A stretch of 64,000 nucleotides of DNA from the NCBI GenBank assembly GCA_963675595.2, contig CAXXLZ010000001.1, positions 1,248,001-1,312,000 of the forward strand. Reading direction: 5' to 3'. Position 1 is the stretch's first letter. Every line of letters begins with the position of its first letter. This document shows positions 1 to 9,138 of this stretch, in pieces. The stretch is from Thermodesulfobacteriota bacterium (GTDB lineage: Bacteria > Desulfobacterota > Desulfarculia > JACQYL01). The notes under the pieces were generated by a model. It saw only the letters and a program-made list of their open reading frames with translations. It had not been told where the DNA came from and did no database searches. Position numbers and translations under genes: made by a program.

Positions 1-1421
1 CTGATTCGACCAAGCTCAACGGGGCCATTCCAGGGATTCCACACCGCGCCTCCGTCCAGGGAGAACTCCGGATGCTGCAGATCCACGGGCGGCCTGCCTC
101 TCAGTTCCGTCTCGTCCGATTCAGAGGGGCCCTGATTCGTCACGGTTATCGCATAGGTCAAACGGTGTTGTCCGCCCGCCACAACCGGTTGCGGTGTAGC
201 TGTGGCAGCCAGCTGCAGGTTGGCGTGAGGCGTGATGTTCCGGTAAAGGTGCAGAGGCGAAAAAGCCCAAGGCCACGCGTGAATGGATACCGGATCCGGG
301 TCCCCATCTCCGTCGAAGTCTGCGACGGTAACCGAATTCGCGCCTTGGGATCCCCCGTCGAAAAAAAGATGCGGCTCCCACTCCGTTCCTTGCCCGGTCA
401 AGTTTTCGTACCACCACACGCTGTCCGTAAGCCAATTGGCGGCAAGCACGTCAAGGTAACCGTCCGAATCCAAATCCGCCGCCACGATGTGTTTAGGCCC
501 CCCGCTTTCCTCTCCGGAGGCTACGACATGCTGTTCCCAAGGCTTTTTCTCCTTGAGTCGATTGCCGTACCAGACAACCTTATCGGCAGTGTAAAGCGCC
601 GCCAGGACATCGACTGCGTCGTCTCCGTCCACATCTCCCACGGCCAGAGAAACGGGACCCATGGCATGCGTCTCGTCCACGAGATGCACCGTCCACGAAT
701 TCCCTTTTCCGTCTTTGTTTTCGATCCAAACAATCCGATTCTTGTCTCCGAGTCCCGCCGGAACATCAATGTCGCCATCCCCGTCAATGTCGGCGGTGAC
801 CAAGGTGTCGACTTCCCCGTTGAGCTTGGCGATCAAATGGGAACGGGGCTCGTGTGCGGGATTTCCGTGGTTCTCGAACCAGACAATCGTGTTCGAGCCT
901 TTGAGCGCCACGACGGCATCCGGCAGACCGTCGCCGTTGATATCCGCCGCCGAAGAAGCGTTCGTGCGTCCTCCGGATTCGAGCAACGGCGCTTTCGTCC
1001 ACTCTTCGGACTTTCCCCCGTTGATGAACCAGCAGAGGGAGTCTTCATCCGGTGATGAAACCAAGATGTCGACCAAGCCGTCCCGGTTCATGTCGGCGGG
1101 GACCACGCTCGTAATCTTACCCGTTCCCTCGTAGATCTGGTGCACGGGCCATGGGGTATCGGCAGAGTCGGAACCCGGATTGGCGAACCAATACACGCTT
1201 CCCCAGCCCAATCCGACGATGATGTCCTGCAGTCCGTTTCCATCTACGTCCGCCGCCGCCAGACTCTCCAACGTGTCAAACTGCTTGGAGAAAACGGTTT
1301 CAGCTTTTGAGAACTCGGCACCGGCCGGAGCTTGGGCGACCACGCCCCCCAACACGAGAGCATGAAGGATGAGAGAGATTACAACCAGCCGTACAACGGC
1401 GGTGTGCATGCAATGCTTCAT
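1..1421 (-). CDS. Secreted FG-GAP/VCBS repeat (beta-propeller) protein, 3' end runs off the window
   Basis: Not in the ORF track; read manually. GGAG RBS, then ATG at 1421 and MKHCMHTAVVRLVVISLILHALVLGGVVAQAPAGA (signal peptide). Seven DxDGDGxxD repeats: ADVDGNGLQD, ADMNRDGLVD, ADINGDGLPD, ADIDGDGDID, GDVDGDDAVD, ADLDSDGYLD, ADFDGDGDPD. Confidence 0.85.
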   Translation of the reverse strand, partial: MKHCMHTAVVRLVVISLILHALVLGGVVAQAPAGAEFSKAETVFSKQFDTLESLAAADVDGNGLQDIIVGLGWGSVYWFANPGSDSADTPWPVHQIYEGTGKITSVVPADMNRDGLVDILVSSPDEDSLCWFINGGKSEEWTKAPLLESGGRTNASSAADINGDGLPDAVVALKGSNTIVWFENHGNPAHEPRSHLIAKLNGEVDTLVTADIDGDGDIDVPAGLGDKNRIVWIENKDGKGNSWTVHLVDETHAMGPVSLAVGDVDGDDAVDVLAALYTADKVVWYGNRLKEKKPWEQHVVASGEESGGPKHIVAADLDSDGYLDVLAANWLTDSVWWYENLTGQGTEWEPHLFFDGGSQGANSVTVADFDGDGDPDPVSIHAWPWAFSPLHLYRNITPHANLQLAATATPQPVVAGGQHRLTYAITVTNQGPSESDETELRGRPPVDLQHPEFSLDGGAVWNPWNGPVELGRI

Positions 1422-1919
1422 ATGAAACTCCGTGGTGATCTCCGGAAGCTGTGAACCGACATTCCGGGAGAAAAAGGGGCGGCATGATGAAGGCTTTGTT
1501 TTCAAAGCCGTCCTCCGGCCGGTATGGATGTAATGGCGATGGTGGGGGGTATGAACATAGATGACTCGATCGCCGATGAATTCATGAAACCGCGCGGGCT
1601 TGACCGTATCTCCGAGGGAGGAGAGGTTGAGGAGAATTCAATTCTAATACATGAATATGTACCTAAAATCGCTTTGTTGCGCAAGACGTATGAGAAGACA
1701 AAGCGGTCACCGTGCGCCATATCGTTTTGAAATTACAGTCGATTCAAGGGGGGGTGAAACGAGCGCTCGGACCGGCTTGGATTCTTCTTCATCCACAGGC
1801 ACGGGTCGAACAAGGGATGTCCGGCCATGGTGTGGAAGAGGACGGAAACGGCCGTCCCGGCGCAGCCGATCCGCGCGGCTTCGGCAGATTCTCGGGGACA
1901 AGGCAAGGAATGCGACGAT

Positions 1920-3095
1920 CTATCCGTTGGAGCAGCCGCAAGAGGATCCGGAGGAACAGGAGGAATTGATTTGGGAGTCCTGCGAATGAAGTCCGTGCGG
2001 ACCGGTTCGATGGGCGCTTTCATCCCGGCCTGGAAAACGGGAGACAATCTTCCGCCGAACGGGGTTCACCGAGATCAGCAGCAGCAATACGGCTCCGAGC
2101 ACACCCAGCTCATGGGGAACCAGCTCGGCCGCCTTTCCCAGGACCGCTCTCGCCGAGATCCCTAAAGATGAGTAGATGGAGTCCAGCGCCAAACCACTGA
2201 GCACGGCCACCAGGGAAAGGGACGCCAGGTAAATCGCCGTCCCCCGTTTTCCCAAGACGCTCGGCAAAACGGTGAGAGAGGTTATGTTGGTGGCCGGGCC
2301 GACCAGCAGGAAGACCAAGGCCGCTCCGGGGCTTACTCCTTTGAGGAGAAAAGTGGCCGCTATGGGAGTCGATGCGGTGGCGCAAATATAGAAAGGGATC
2401 CCGATAACCAACATGATCATCATGGATCCGAGTCCTCCTCCAAGATGGGCGGACGCCAATTCCATCGGCAGCAGGACGGAAATGACGCCGGCCAACAGCA
2501 GGCCCGTGAAGAACCAAACGGCCAAGTCGCCCCAGACTTCCCCAAATGCGTAAACCAGACCCGCCTTAACCTGTTGCCGGAAGGACCGACCGCCTTGGTG
2601 CGCCTCGGATGAACAGTCCGTTCCGTTGCAGCACGAATCCACAGACCGGCTCAAATCGAAGAGGGGGATCGGGGTTTTGGCGGGAGGATGGAGCAGGTTC
2701 TCGGTGATCCCTGCAGTCACGGCGGCTGCGAAAGCGGCACCCGGACGGGCCACGGTCATGATGGGATCCATCAACGCGTAAGTGAGGGCGATGGAGTCCA
2801 CACCGGACTCCGGAGTGGAGATGAGAAAGGAGGCAACGGCTCCGTTGTTGGCCCCCTGTTTCTTGAGAGAAGCGGCTGCGGGCAGCACGCCGCAAGAGCA
2901 CAACGGCAACGGGACCCCTAAAAGTGCGGCTTTGAACACCGAAGAAAAACGCCCCGATCCCAAGTGTCCGGCTACCGTGGAAGGCTTAAGAAAGACTTTG
3001 AGCATCCCGGCCGCCACAATGCCGAAAATCACGTAGACGGATGAATCTGAAAGGATGTGCCAGGACTCCGAAAGAACGGCCGTGAAATAGTGCAT
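1920..3095 (-). CDS. SO_0444/DUF318 (ArsP-like) heavy-metal efflux permease
   Basis: Motifs PLPLCSCGVLP, FLISTPESGVDS, IPFYICATASTP and FLLVGPATN; Cys/His-rich central loop and C-terminal tail. Confidence 0.9.
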   Translation of the reverse strand: MHYFTAVLSESWHILSDSSVYVIFGIVAAGMLKVFLKPSTVAGHLGSGRFSSVFKAALLGVPLPLCSCGVLPAAASLKKQGANNGAVASFLISTPESGVDSIALTYALMDPIMTVARPGAAFAAAVTAGITENLLHPPAKTPIPLFDLSRSVDSCCNGTDCSSEAHQGGRSFRQQVKAGLVYAFGEVWGDLAVWFFTGLLLAGVISVLLPMELASAHLGGGLGSMMIMLVIGIPFYICATASTPIAATFLLKGVSPGAALVFLLVGPATNITSLTVLPSVLGKRGTAIYLASLSLVAVLSGLALDSIYSSLGISARAVLGKAAELVPHELGVLGAVLLLLISVNPVRRKIVSRFPGRDESAHRTGPHGLHSQDSQINSSCSSGSSCGCSNG

Positions 3096-3169
3096 GCGGT
3101 GCTCACTTGCGCTTTTGCTTCAATTAAAGGACGAATGAACCTTGAAGGCGCCCTCAAAGTTATGAACGA

Positions 3170-3213
3170 TTGAACATATGCTCAAATATAGGCGAGTCCC
3201 CCGCCTCTGTCAA
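3170..3213 (-). promoter_or_regulatory. Sigma70 promoter with overlapping ArsR/SmtB-type operator for the permease
   Basis: Minus strand TTGACA (3213-3208), 17 bp spacer, TATATT (3190-3185). Near-perfect palindrome TTGAACATATGCTCAA (3170-3185) lies immediately downstream and resembles the TGAA-N6-TTCA boxes of SmtB/CzrA/CadC. Confidence 0.7.
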
Positions 3214-3320
3214 GCGCTTCATCGCTCCCACACCGAATACCTCGATCCTGGAAAACGGCGATTGGACGGCGCGGTGGAGGCCGCGCGGCCCCTCTCATGC
3301 GAAAGTACGAGAAGTCTTGT

Positions 3321-4241
3321 TCATCCGATCATCGACAACGCTCCGGGCAGAAGCTCGAATCTTGCCGGCAGTTCGCCCACGGCCTCTCCGTCCATTTCTA
3401 TGAACGCTTTGGCGGAGGATCGCGCTTCCAGACAACGGATTTCACTGTAACGCACTCTCGGATGATGCAAATAGGTGCCGGCCCGAAACGCAGGAAGATA
3501 TCGAAGTGCTTCCACTAGGCCAAAGGAGCCGATTTCGATCATGGAAAGGCTTCCGCTGTTCAATTCCGCGTGGGGCGCCGCCTTGATTCCACCTCCGTAA
3601 TATCGCCCGTTTCCCAAAATCACGTCGAACAGGAGACGTTTTTCTTCCTTTTCACCGTCGATGCGCAATGTGATTTCACGGGTCCGATAGGTGAACAGGG
3701 TCATCAGAATCGCCCATAGAAAAGCGAGTCCGCCTCCCATTCTTTTGGTGGTTCTCGTCACCCGCTCAACTACGGCGCCCCCGGCACCGAAATCCGTCAC
3801 GTTCAGAAAGAACCGTGTGGCGCTTCGGCCGGAAAAGTCGATGAAGTCGGCTTTGCCCACGTCGATTCGTTTTGTGAGCCCTTGATTGATTGCATGAATC
3901 AACGAGTTCGGATTGTCGGCGCCTCCCAGCGTTTTCGCAAAGTCACCGCAAGTGCCCACGCTGAAAATGCCGACCGCCGCGCCAACGGCTTCCCTCCCCC
4001 CGCCCTCGAAGAAACCGTTGAGCACCTCGTTGAGCGTCCCGTCACCACCGACGCCCACAACCCGGTGTGCTCCCTCTCTCACCGCGTTGGCCGCGAGGTC
4101 CCACGCGTGACCCTGATTTCGGGAAAAAACGGTGTGAAAAGGGCGATGTAATTCCCTTTTCAGCCGACTCTCCAAACCGGGCCAGATGCGACCCGTCCTA
4201 CCACAACCCGCAGCGGGATTTACGATGAACACGACTTCCAT
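3321..4241 (-). CDS. Diacylglycerol kinase family lipid kinase (YegS/BmrU-like)
   Basis: VNPAAG, GGDGTLNEV, GTCGDFAK, NGRYYGGG and DGE motifs. Confidence 0.92.
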   Translation of the reverse strand: MEVVFIVNPAAGCGRTGRIWPGLESRLKRELHRPFHTVFSRNQGHAWDLAANAVREGAHRVVGVGGDGTLNEVLNGFFEGGGREAVGAAVGIFSVGTCGDFAKTLGGADNPNSLIHAINQGLTKRIDVGKADFIDFSGRSATRFFLNVTDFGAGGAVVERVTRTTKRMGGGLAFLWAILMTLFTYRTREITLRIDGEKEEKRLLFDVILGNGRYYGGGIKAAPHAELNSGSLSMIEIGSFGLVEALRYLPAFRAGTYLHHPRVRYSEIRCLEARSSAKAFIEMDGEAVGELPARFELLPGALSMIG

Positions 4242-4325
4242 AGACTTCTCTTGACGGGCTCAACAGAAAGATACGGTGAAGTACGCAGAAGATGGGAACG
4301 AAGCAATGACGTTAAGCGGCGATTA

Positions 4326-5435
4326 TTATGATTTTGCCCGCATCACCTCACTTAGGGCGTTGATGAGAAGCTCGTTTTCCGAGTGGTTCCTGACGGCGAC
4401 GCGGATGTAATCTTTGCCGACCCCCCTAAAAGAAGCGCAGTCTCGAACCAGTATCTTCCTGCGGGACATGGCTTCGGAGATTTCGTGAGAGTCCCGGCCG
4501 GGCGCCGAAATGCGGATCAATAGATAATTGGCTTCCGAGGGGTGGCAGATGAGTGAGGGGATGTCGGAGGCGATCTTGCCGAGCATCCACTCCCGCTCCG
4601 CTTCAATTGAGGCGACGCTCCGTCTCACATAATCATCCTGAGTCATGCAATAGAAACCGGCTTCATGAGCAAGAACATTCACCGTCCACGGTTCCATACG
4701 CATGCCGAGATCCCGGACCCAATCCGGATGGGACACCAACCATCCTAAACGGAGCCCCGGGAGGGCATAGATCTTGGTCACGGATCGGAGCACGATGAGG
4801 TTCTTGGAAACGGCGGCGGTACGAATCCATGATTCGCGTCGAGTAAACTCGATGAAGGCCTCGTCGAGAACCAGAATGCGGCTTGAACCCTCGATTTGGT
4901 GCACGAGTTCATGAAGCAGATCCTCGGGTATCGATTGTCCCGTGGGATTGCCCGGATTGGCCATCCAAAGAGTCCTTGCACCCGGGGCAACCAATCGGTC
5001 CAATATTTCATCGGTAAAGGGCCACGGAGGCTCGGACTCGGGAAACACATATTCCACCGGCCGTCCGGCCAGGAGAGCCGCGTTCTCGTATTCCCCGAAG
5101 GCGGGACCGGCGATACGAACCGTGCCCTCCCCCAAAGCTTTCGGAAGCAAATAGATGAAACTGGTGGAGCCGTTGCCCACGAGCACGGAACCGCGGGGAA
5201 GGCCGTGGTGCGCTTCCAAGGCCGCGGCCAAGCTCTCGGCTCCCATCTCCGGATAGTGGATCACTCGGTCGAAATGCTCGAAAAGGTGTTCTCTCAAACC
5301 TTCGGGAGGGCCCGACGGATTAATGCTCGCACTGAAGTCATGAATTTCTTCCGGAGGAACGCCCAACTCACGGGCCACGGCGAACACTCTGCCGCCGTGG
5401 AAGCGGTTCAGCGAGTATAGATCGTGTTTCATCAA
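4326..5435 (-). CDS. cobD: L-threonine-O-3-phosphate decarboxylase (PLP aminotransferase class I/II fold)
   Basis: HGG...DFSASINP N-terminus, NPGNPTG, DEAFIEF, RSVTKIYALPGLRLG; translationally coupled to cbiB. Confidence 0.88.
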   Translation of the reverse strand: MMKHDLYSLNRFHGGRVFAVARELGVPPEEIHDFSASINPSGPPEGLREHLFEHFDRVIHYPEMGAESLAAALEAHHGLPRGSVLVGNGSTSFIYLLPKALGEGTVRIAGPAFGEYENAALLAGRPVEYVFPESEPPWPFTDEILDRLVAPGARTLWMANPGNPTGQSIPEDLLHELVHQIEGSSRILVLDEAFIEFTRRESWIRTAAVSKNLIVLRSVTKIYALPGLRLGWLVSHPDWVRDLGMRMEPWTVNVLAHEAGFYCMTQDDYVRRSVASIEAEREWMLGKIASDIPSLICHPSEANYLLIRISAPGRDSHEISEAMSRRKILVRDCASFRGVGKDYIRVAVRNHSENELLINALSEVMRAKS

Positions 5436-6376
5436 ATCATCCTGTATGTACTGGCGAGTATGACCATGAGCACCGAAGCCACAAAAAGCACATGTTCCGC
5501 CTCCTGCACACGATCCGTGTCCAGGGGATGCACCGCGTCACCGATATAGGGCTTGTCCGACAAGAGTCCTTGATAATAGGAGGGACCTCCCAGACGTACT
5601 CCCAACGCCCCGGCCATTGCCGCCTCGGGCCTGCCGGCGTTGGGGCTCTTGTGTTTGTCCCCGTCCCTTCTGAAGATTTTCCATGCGGAAACCGGGTCCA
5701 ATCGCAACACATAGGCGGCGCCTGCGATCAGTAATGCGGTGAGTCTTGCCGGTACATAATTCAGTACATCGTCCATTCGCGCACTAAACCACCCGAGGTG
5801 AAGATACCTCTCGTTCTTGTAGCCCAGCATGGAATCCAGCGTGCTGGCCGCTTTGTAGGCCATGGCCAAAGGTACGCCCCCGAGCGCCAAATAAAACAGA
5901 GGGGCGATTACGCCGTCCGACAGGTTTTCCGCCACGGTTTCGATGACCGCGCGCAACACCGCGTCCGCATCCAGCTCGGCGGTATCTCGGCCCACAATCA
6001 TGGACAGCCGCTCCCTGGCGCCGGTCAGGTCATCGGCCTTCAACGCTTTAACAACGCTCCACGACTGCAAATACAGGTCACGAACCGCAATGGTGGTGTA
6101 GGCTAGAACGACCGATGCCAGAATACCGAACCACTCGGCCGCTGCAAAACAGATGGCGAGAATGATTGTGGTGATCACCAATACAGCAAGGACGATGCTG
6201 AGTGACAGGATGACCCCGCCCCATCGCAGCTTTCGCTCGCTTCGAGCCCAAGATCGGACCCAGGCCTCCATTTTGTCGACAATATAACCGATGCCCCGAA
6301 CCGGATGAGGCGCCCACTGGGGGTCGCCTACGATCAGATCCAAAACAAACGCACACCATATCATGCCAAAAGACAA
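5432..6376 (-). CDS. cbiB: Adenosylcobinamide-phosphate synthase
   Basis: LDLIVGDP..HPV, IVGRDT, ENLSDGVIAPLFY, TLDSMLGYKN, DDVLNYVPARL, SPNAG; GAGGAGG RBS before the TTG start. Confidence 0.95.
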   Translation of the reverse strand: MSFGMIWCAFVLDLIVGDPQWAPHPVRGIGYIVDKMEAWVRSWARSERKLRWGGVILSLSIVLAVLVITTIILAICFAAAEWFGILASVVLAYTTIAVRDLYLQSWSVVKALKADDLTGARERLSMIVGRDTAELDADAVLRAVIETVAENLSDGVIAPLFYLALGGVPLAMAYKAASTLDSMLGYKNERYLHLGWFSARMDDVLNYVPARLTALLIAGAAYVLRLDPVSAWKIFRRDGDKHKSPNAGRPEAAMAGALGVRLGGPSYYQGLLSDKPYIGDAVHPLDTDRVQEAEHVLFVASVLMVILASTYRMI

Positions 6377-6574
6377 AGGTGATCCTCCTCGCGTTGTCTG
6401 ATTCGAGCAAGAGACTGATACGGCCCTGATTCAGGGAGAATGGGCTCCCCATATCACAAGGAGGAGCCAAAAGAAAGACTAATAGATAGGGCAAGTACCG
6501 AACGGACACGTCAAGCGGGAAATTCCCCCCGCCACGCCTAGGACTTGGAAAATCGGCGGAATGACCGGGCGTTT

Positions 6575-7105
6575 TTAGATGATTACGCCGGTGAGCAACA
6601 AAACCAAACCGGAGGACAACAATCCGGTGATAAAGCAGAGATAGGCCCAACGAATGAAGCGATACTTCTTGCGGGCGAGGAACATTCCAAGTCCGTACAC
6701 TTCACGGATTTGGACCTGGTACGCCAGGTTTGGATCGTTGAGAATTTCTTCCATGGACGACTCAAACTCCTGATAGCTCAGCCGTGTGAAGTCTCCGAAA
6801 AACAACGGATTGAAGCTTGGACTATGAGGGTCCGGGACATCGTTCTCTTTCGCCTTTGTCCGAATCTTCGGCATGGTGGAATAGGCTGCGAGAAGGATGG
6901 TGAGGAGGCAGAAAAACATCATCGTAATCGAAGCCCATTTGAGAGTCGGATCAAGCACATATCGCAGGGAAAGAGTGAGCACCACGGAAGACATGGTGAG
7001 AAGCATGTTCGCCTTCATATCCGCCATGGAACTGAGTTGGACATGATGCATGCGAGTCTGCCTCATCATGTGATCGAAATGAGCTCCGGGTTGTTTAATT
7101 TTCAT
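6575..7105 (-). CDS. DUF5706 / Pycsar transmembrane effector (PycTM)-family protein, stand-alone
   Basis: LSSMADMKANMLL, two TM helices, NPLFFGDF, LARKKY plus a third TM helix; GGAGG RBS. Confidence 0.8.
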   Translation of the reverse strand: MKIKQPGAHFDHMMRQTRMHHVQLSSMADMKANMLLTMSSVVLTLSLRYVLDPTLKWASITMMFFCLLTILLAAYSTMPKIRTKAKENDVPDPHSPSFNPLFFGDFTRLSYQEFESSMEEILNDPNLAYQVQIREVYGLGMFLARKKYRFIRWAYLCFITGLLSSGLVLLLTGVII

Positions 7106-7525
7106 AATATCCTCCCACGTGGAACCGTCGCCGGTTCACGGTATCGTAGCCGTGGCCGCTGCTCCGAATCGCTGATCTTTGATCGGGAACATACCCCCAT
7201 CGGAGTCGCCATCTCAATACCCGGGAGCCGATTTCCATTTGTTGCAGTGTTTGTGTGAGAATTCGGAGATGGAGGATGAGGTTCGTGGTGCTTCCGGGGA
7301 GCAATTCGTGGAAAGGGAGCCGGAGCGCCCGCCCCCAACTTGCCGGCTCGGTTCGTCGCTCGGGCCTCGAACAAACGGTTGGGCGCAGCTTCATTTCTAA
7401 TGGTATTTAGGGAGTATACCAAGTCGGTATGTGAACTTGACTTCCACCCCGAGACAAGCATAGGATAAACGTTAAGTTATGTTGCCCCGTGCCTTGAACG
7501 GCAGGGTCCAGCCTTGGAGGGAGCC

Positions 7526-9049
7526 ATGAAGAAGGGATTGAGGATTGTTTGGGTGGGTTTGATGCTCGGCATCTTTTTGGTCGCAGGCCATGCCTCGGCT
7601 CAAATGGTGGGTTACCAGGGAATCTGGAAGGAAGAAGGACCTACGCCCGGTCACAACTTCTATATCCAGCATTACCTTCAGGGAACTTCCACGGTGGTCG
7701 TCTATACCCAGGATGCCGAGACGTATTTCGCATTCCTTTCCACCATTTCTTCCAACACGTTCAACACGCCTTCTCTGGACCCAGGACAAGCTCGCAGCAT
7801 TCAGATCGCTTTCAGCTCTCCCATTACCGCCGTGGCCACGATCACGGACAACACTCAGAACCCCCCGGCAAGCACGACCGTAAACATCGTCCGGGTGTTT
7901 CAGGCGGAAGTAACGGATCATTCCGGAATATGGAAGGACGGTACCGGACTGTTTAATATCTACGTGCAGGACTATACCGAGAACTCCACCATTATCATCT
8001 ACACGTTCGATGCGGTTCACTTCGAGGCTTTTCTAAGCACGTTGTCCGGTAATACGTTTTCCGCAATCAATCTCGGAGACGGACAGGAGAATATGACCAC
8101 GGTTTTTTCCACGGCCAACCAGGCCACCGTGAACGTTACTCCCGTCTCAATGCCGTCCATTACACCGTCTGCCAATAACTTTTCCTACGCCATGACAAAG
8201 ACTTTCTATCCCACTCCCGTGCCCGAGGCTTCTTTCTCCGCAGCACCGCGAGCGGGAAACGCGCCTCTGGACGTCTTTTTCGTGGACCAGTCCACCGGAA
8301 CCGTGGAAACGTATTTGTGGAGTTTCGGAGACGGCGGCACCAGCACGTTCAAGAACCCCGATCATTCCTACGCAGCGGCGGGCACCTATGATGTGTCGCT
8401 GACGGTAAGCAACCTCAGCGGCTCGGCATCCTTGACGCAAGCGGGATTTGTCACGGTTGCGGTTGCCGGCACGCCGCCTACCGCGAACTTCAGCGTTGCT
8501 CCCGGTGTGGGGACTGCGCCTTTGTTGGTCAATTTCACCGATCTTTCCACCGGATCTCCCACGTCTTGGAGCTGGAATTTCGGCGATTCCGGGGATCCCA
8601 ATTCGGTGGACAGCACAGCCCAAAATCCGTCCCACACCTACACAAACACGGGGATGTACACCGTCAAGCTTACGGCGACCAATGCGAGCGGCTCCAACAC
8701 CCTGACCTCCGCGGGCGGCGTAAGCGTGGTTTCGGCTCCAAGCGGTACCTTGACGGCGGATTTCAACGCGACCACGGTGACCGTGGGCACCGCTCCACTG
8801 GCGGTGACTTTTCAGGATCAGTCCACCGGCGGCGTCACCTCCTGGGCGTGGAACTTCGGAGATGCGGGAGATCCGAACATCGTGCAAAGTAACTCGGCGA
8901 ATCCCACACATGTGTTCACAGTCGTCGGCACTTATGACGTGAAACTCACCGTGAGCGACGGATCGTCCACCGATTCGAAGTCGCAATCGTCTTATGTCAC
9001 GGTAAACCCGGGCTCCTCCACCGCCACCATGGGGTATCGAGGCTTCTGA
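7526..9049 (+). CDS. Secreted PKD-domain protein (two N-terminal repeats plus three PKD domains)
   Basis: Signal peptide MKKGLR...AGHASA. Duplicated GIWK...FYIQ/IYVQ...AFLST domain. Three copies of APLxVxFxDxSTG...W.FGD...NP.H.Y...G.Y.V.LT. Confidence 0.88.
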   Translation: MKKGLRIVWVGLMLGIFLVAGHASAQMVGYQGIWKEEGPTPGHNFYIQHYLQGTSTVVVYTQDAETYFAFLSTISSNTFNTPSLDPGQARSIQIAFSSPITAVATITDNTQNPPASTTVNIVRVFQAEVTDHSGIWKDGTGLFNIYVQDYTENSTIIIYTFDAVHFEAFLSTLSGNTFSAINLGDGQENMTTVFSTANQATVNVTPVSMPSITPSANNFSYAMTKTFYPTPVPEASFSAAPRAGNAPLDVFFVDQSTGTVETYLWSFGDGGTSTFKNPDHSYAAAGTYDVSLTVSNLSGSASLTQAGFVTVAVAGTPPTANFSVAPGVGTAPLLVNFTDLSTGSPTSWSWNFGDSGDPNSVDSTAQNPSHTYTNTGMYTVKLTATNASGSNTLTSAGGVSVVSAPSGTLTADFNATTVTVGTAPLAVTFQDQSTGGVTSWAWNFGDAGDPNIVQSNSANPTHVFTVVGTYDVKLTVSDGSSTDSKSQSSYVTVNPGSSTATMGYRGF

Positions 9050-9138
9050 GTTCTTGGGGGCGGACGAACTCGAAGAACATCCGTTCATTCCGAGTTCGTT
9101 CCGCCTTTATTTTCCCCTCTACCCACCGTGCTTCTTCC

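Noticed and set aside
72-1055. 327-aa plus-strand ORF
   Set aside because: Antisense shadow of the FG-GAP gene, which has the clear motifs and RBS.
1524-1730. 68-aa ORF between the FG-GAP and permease genes
   Set aside because: No recognisable motif or convincing RBS; left uncalled.
6377-6574. Cobalamin riboswitch upstream of cbiB-cobD
   Set aside because: Two small hairpins are present (GGCTCCTC/GGGGAGCC, CCCTGA/TCAGGG), but the conserved B12-box elements were not recognisable.
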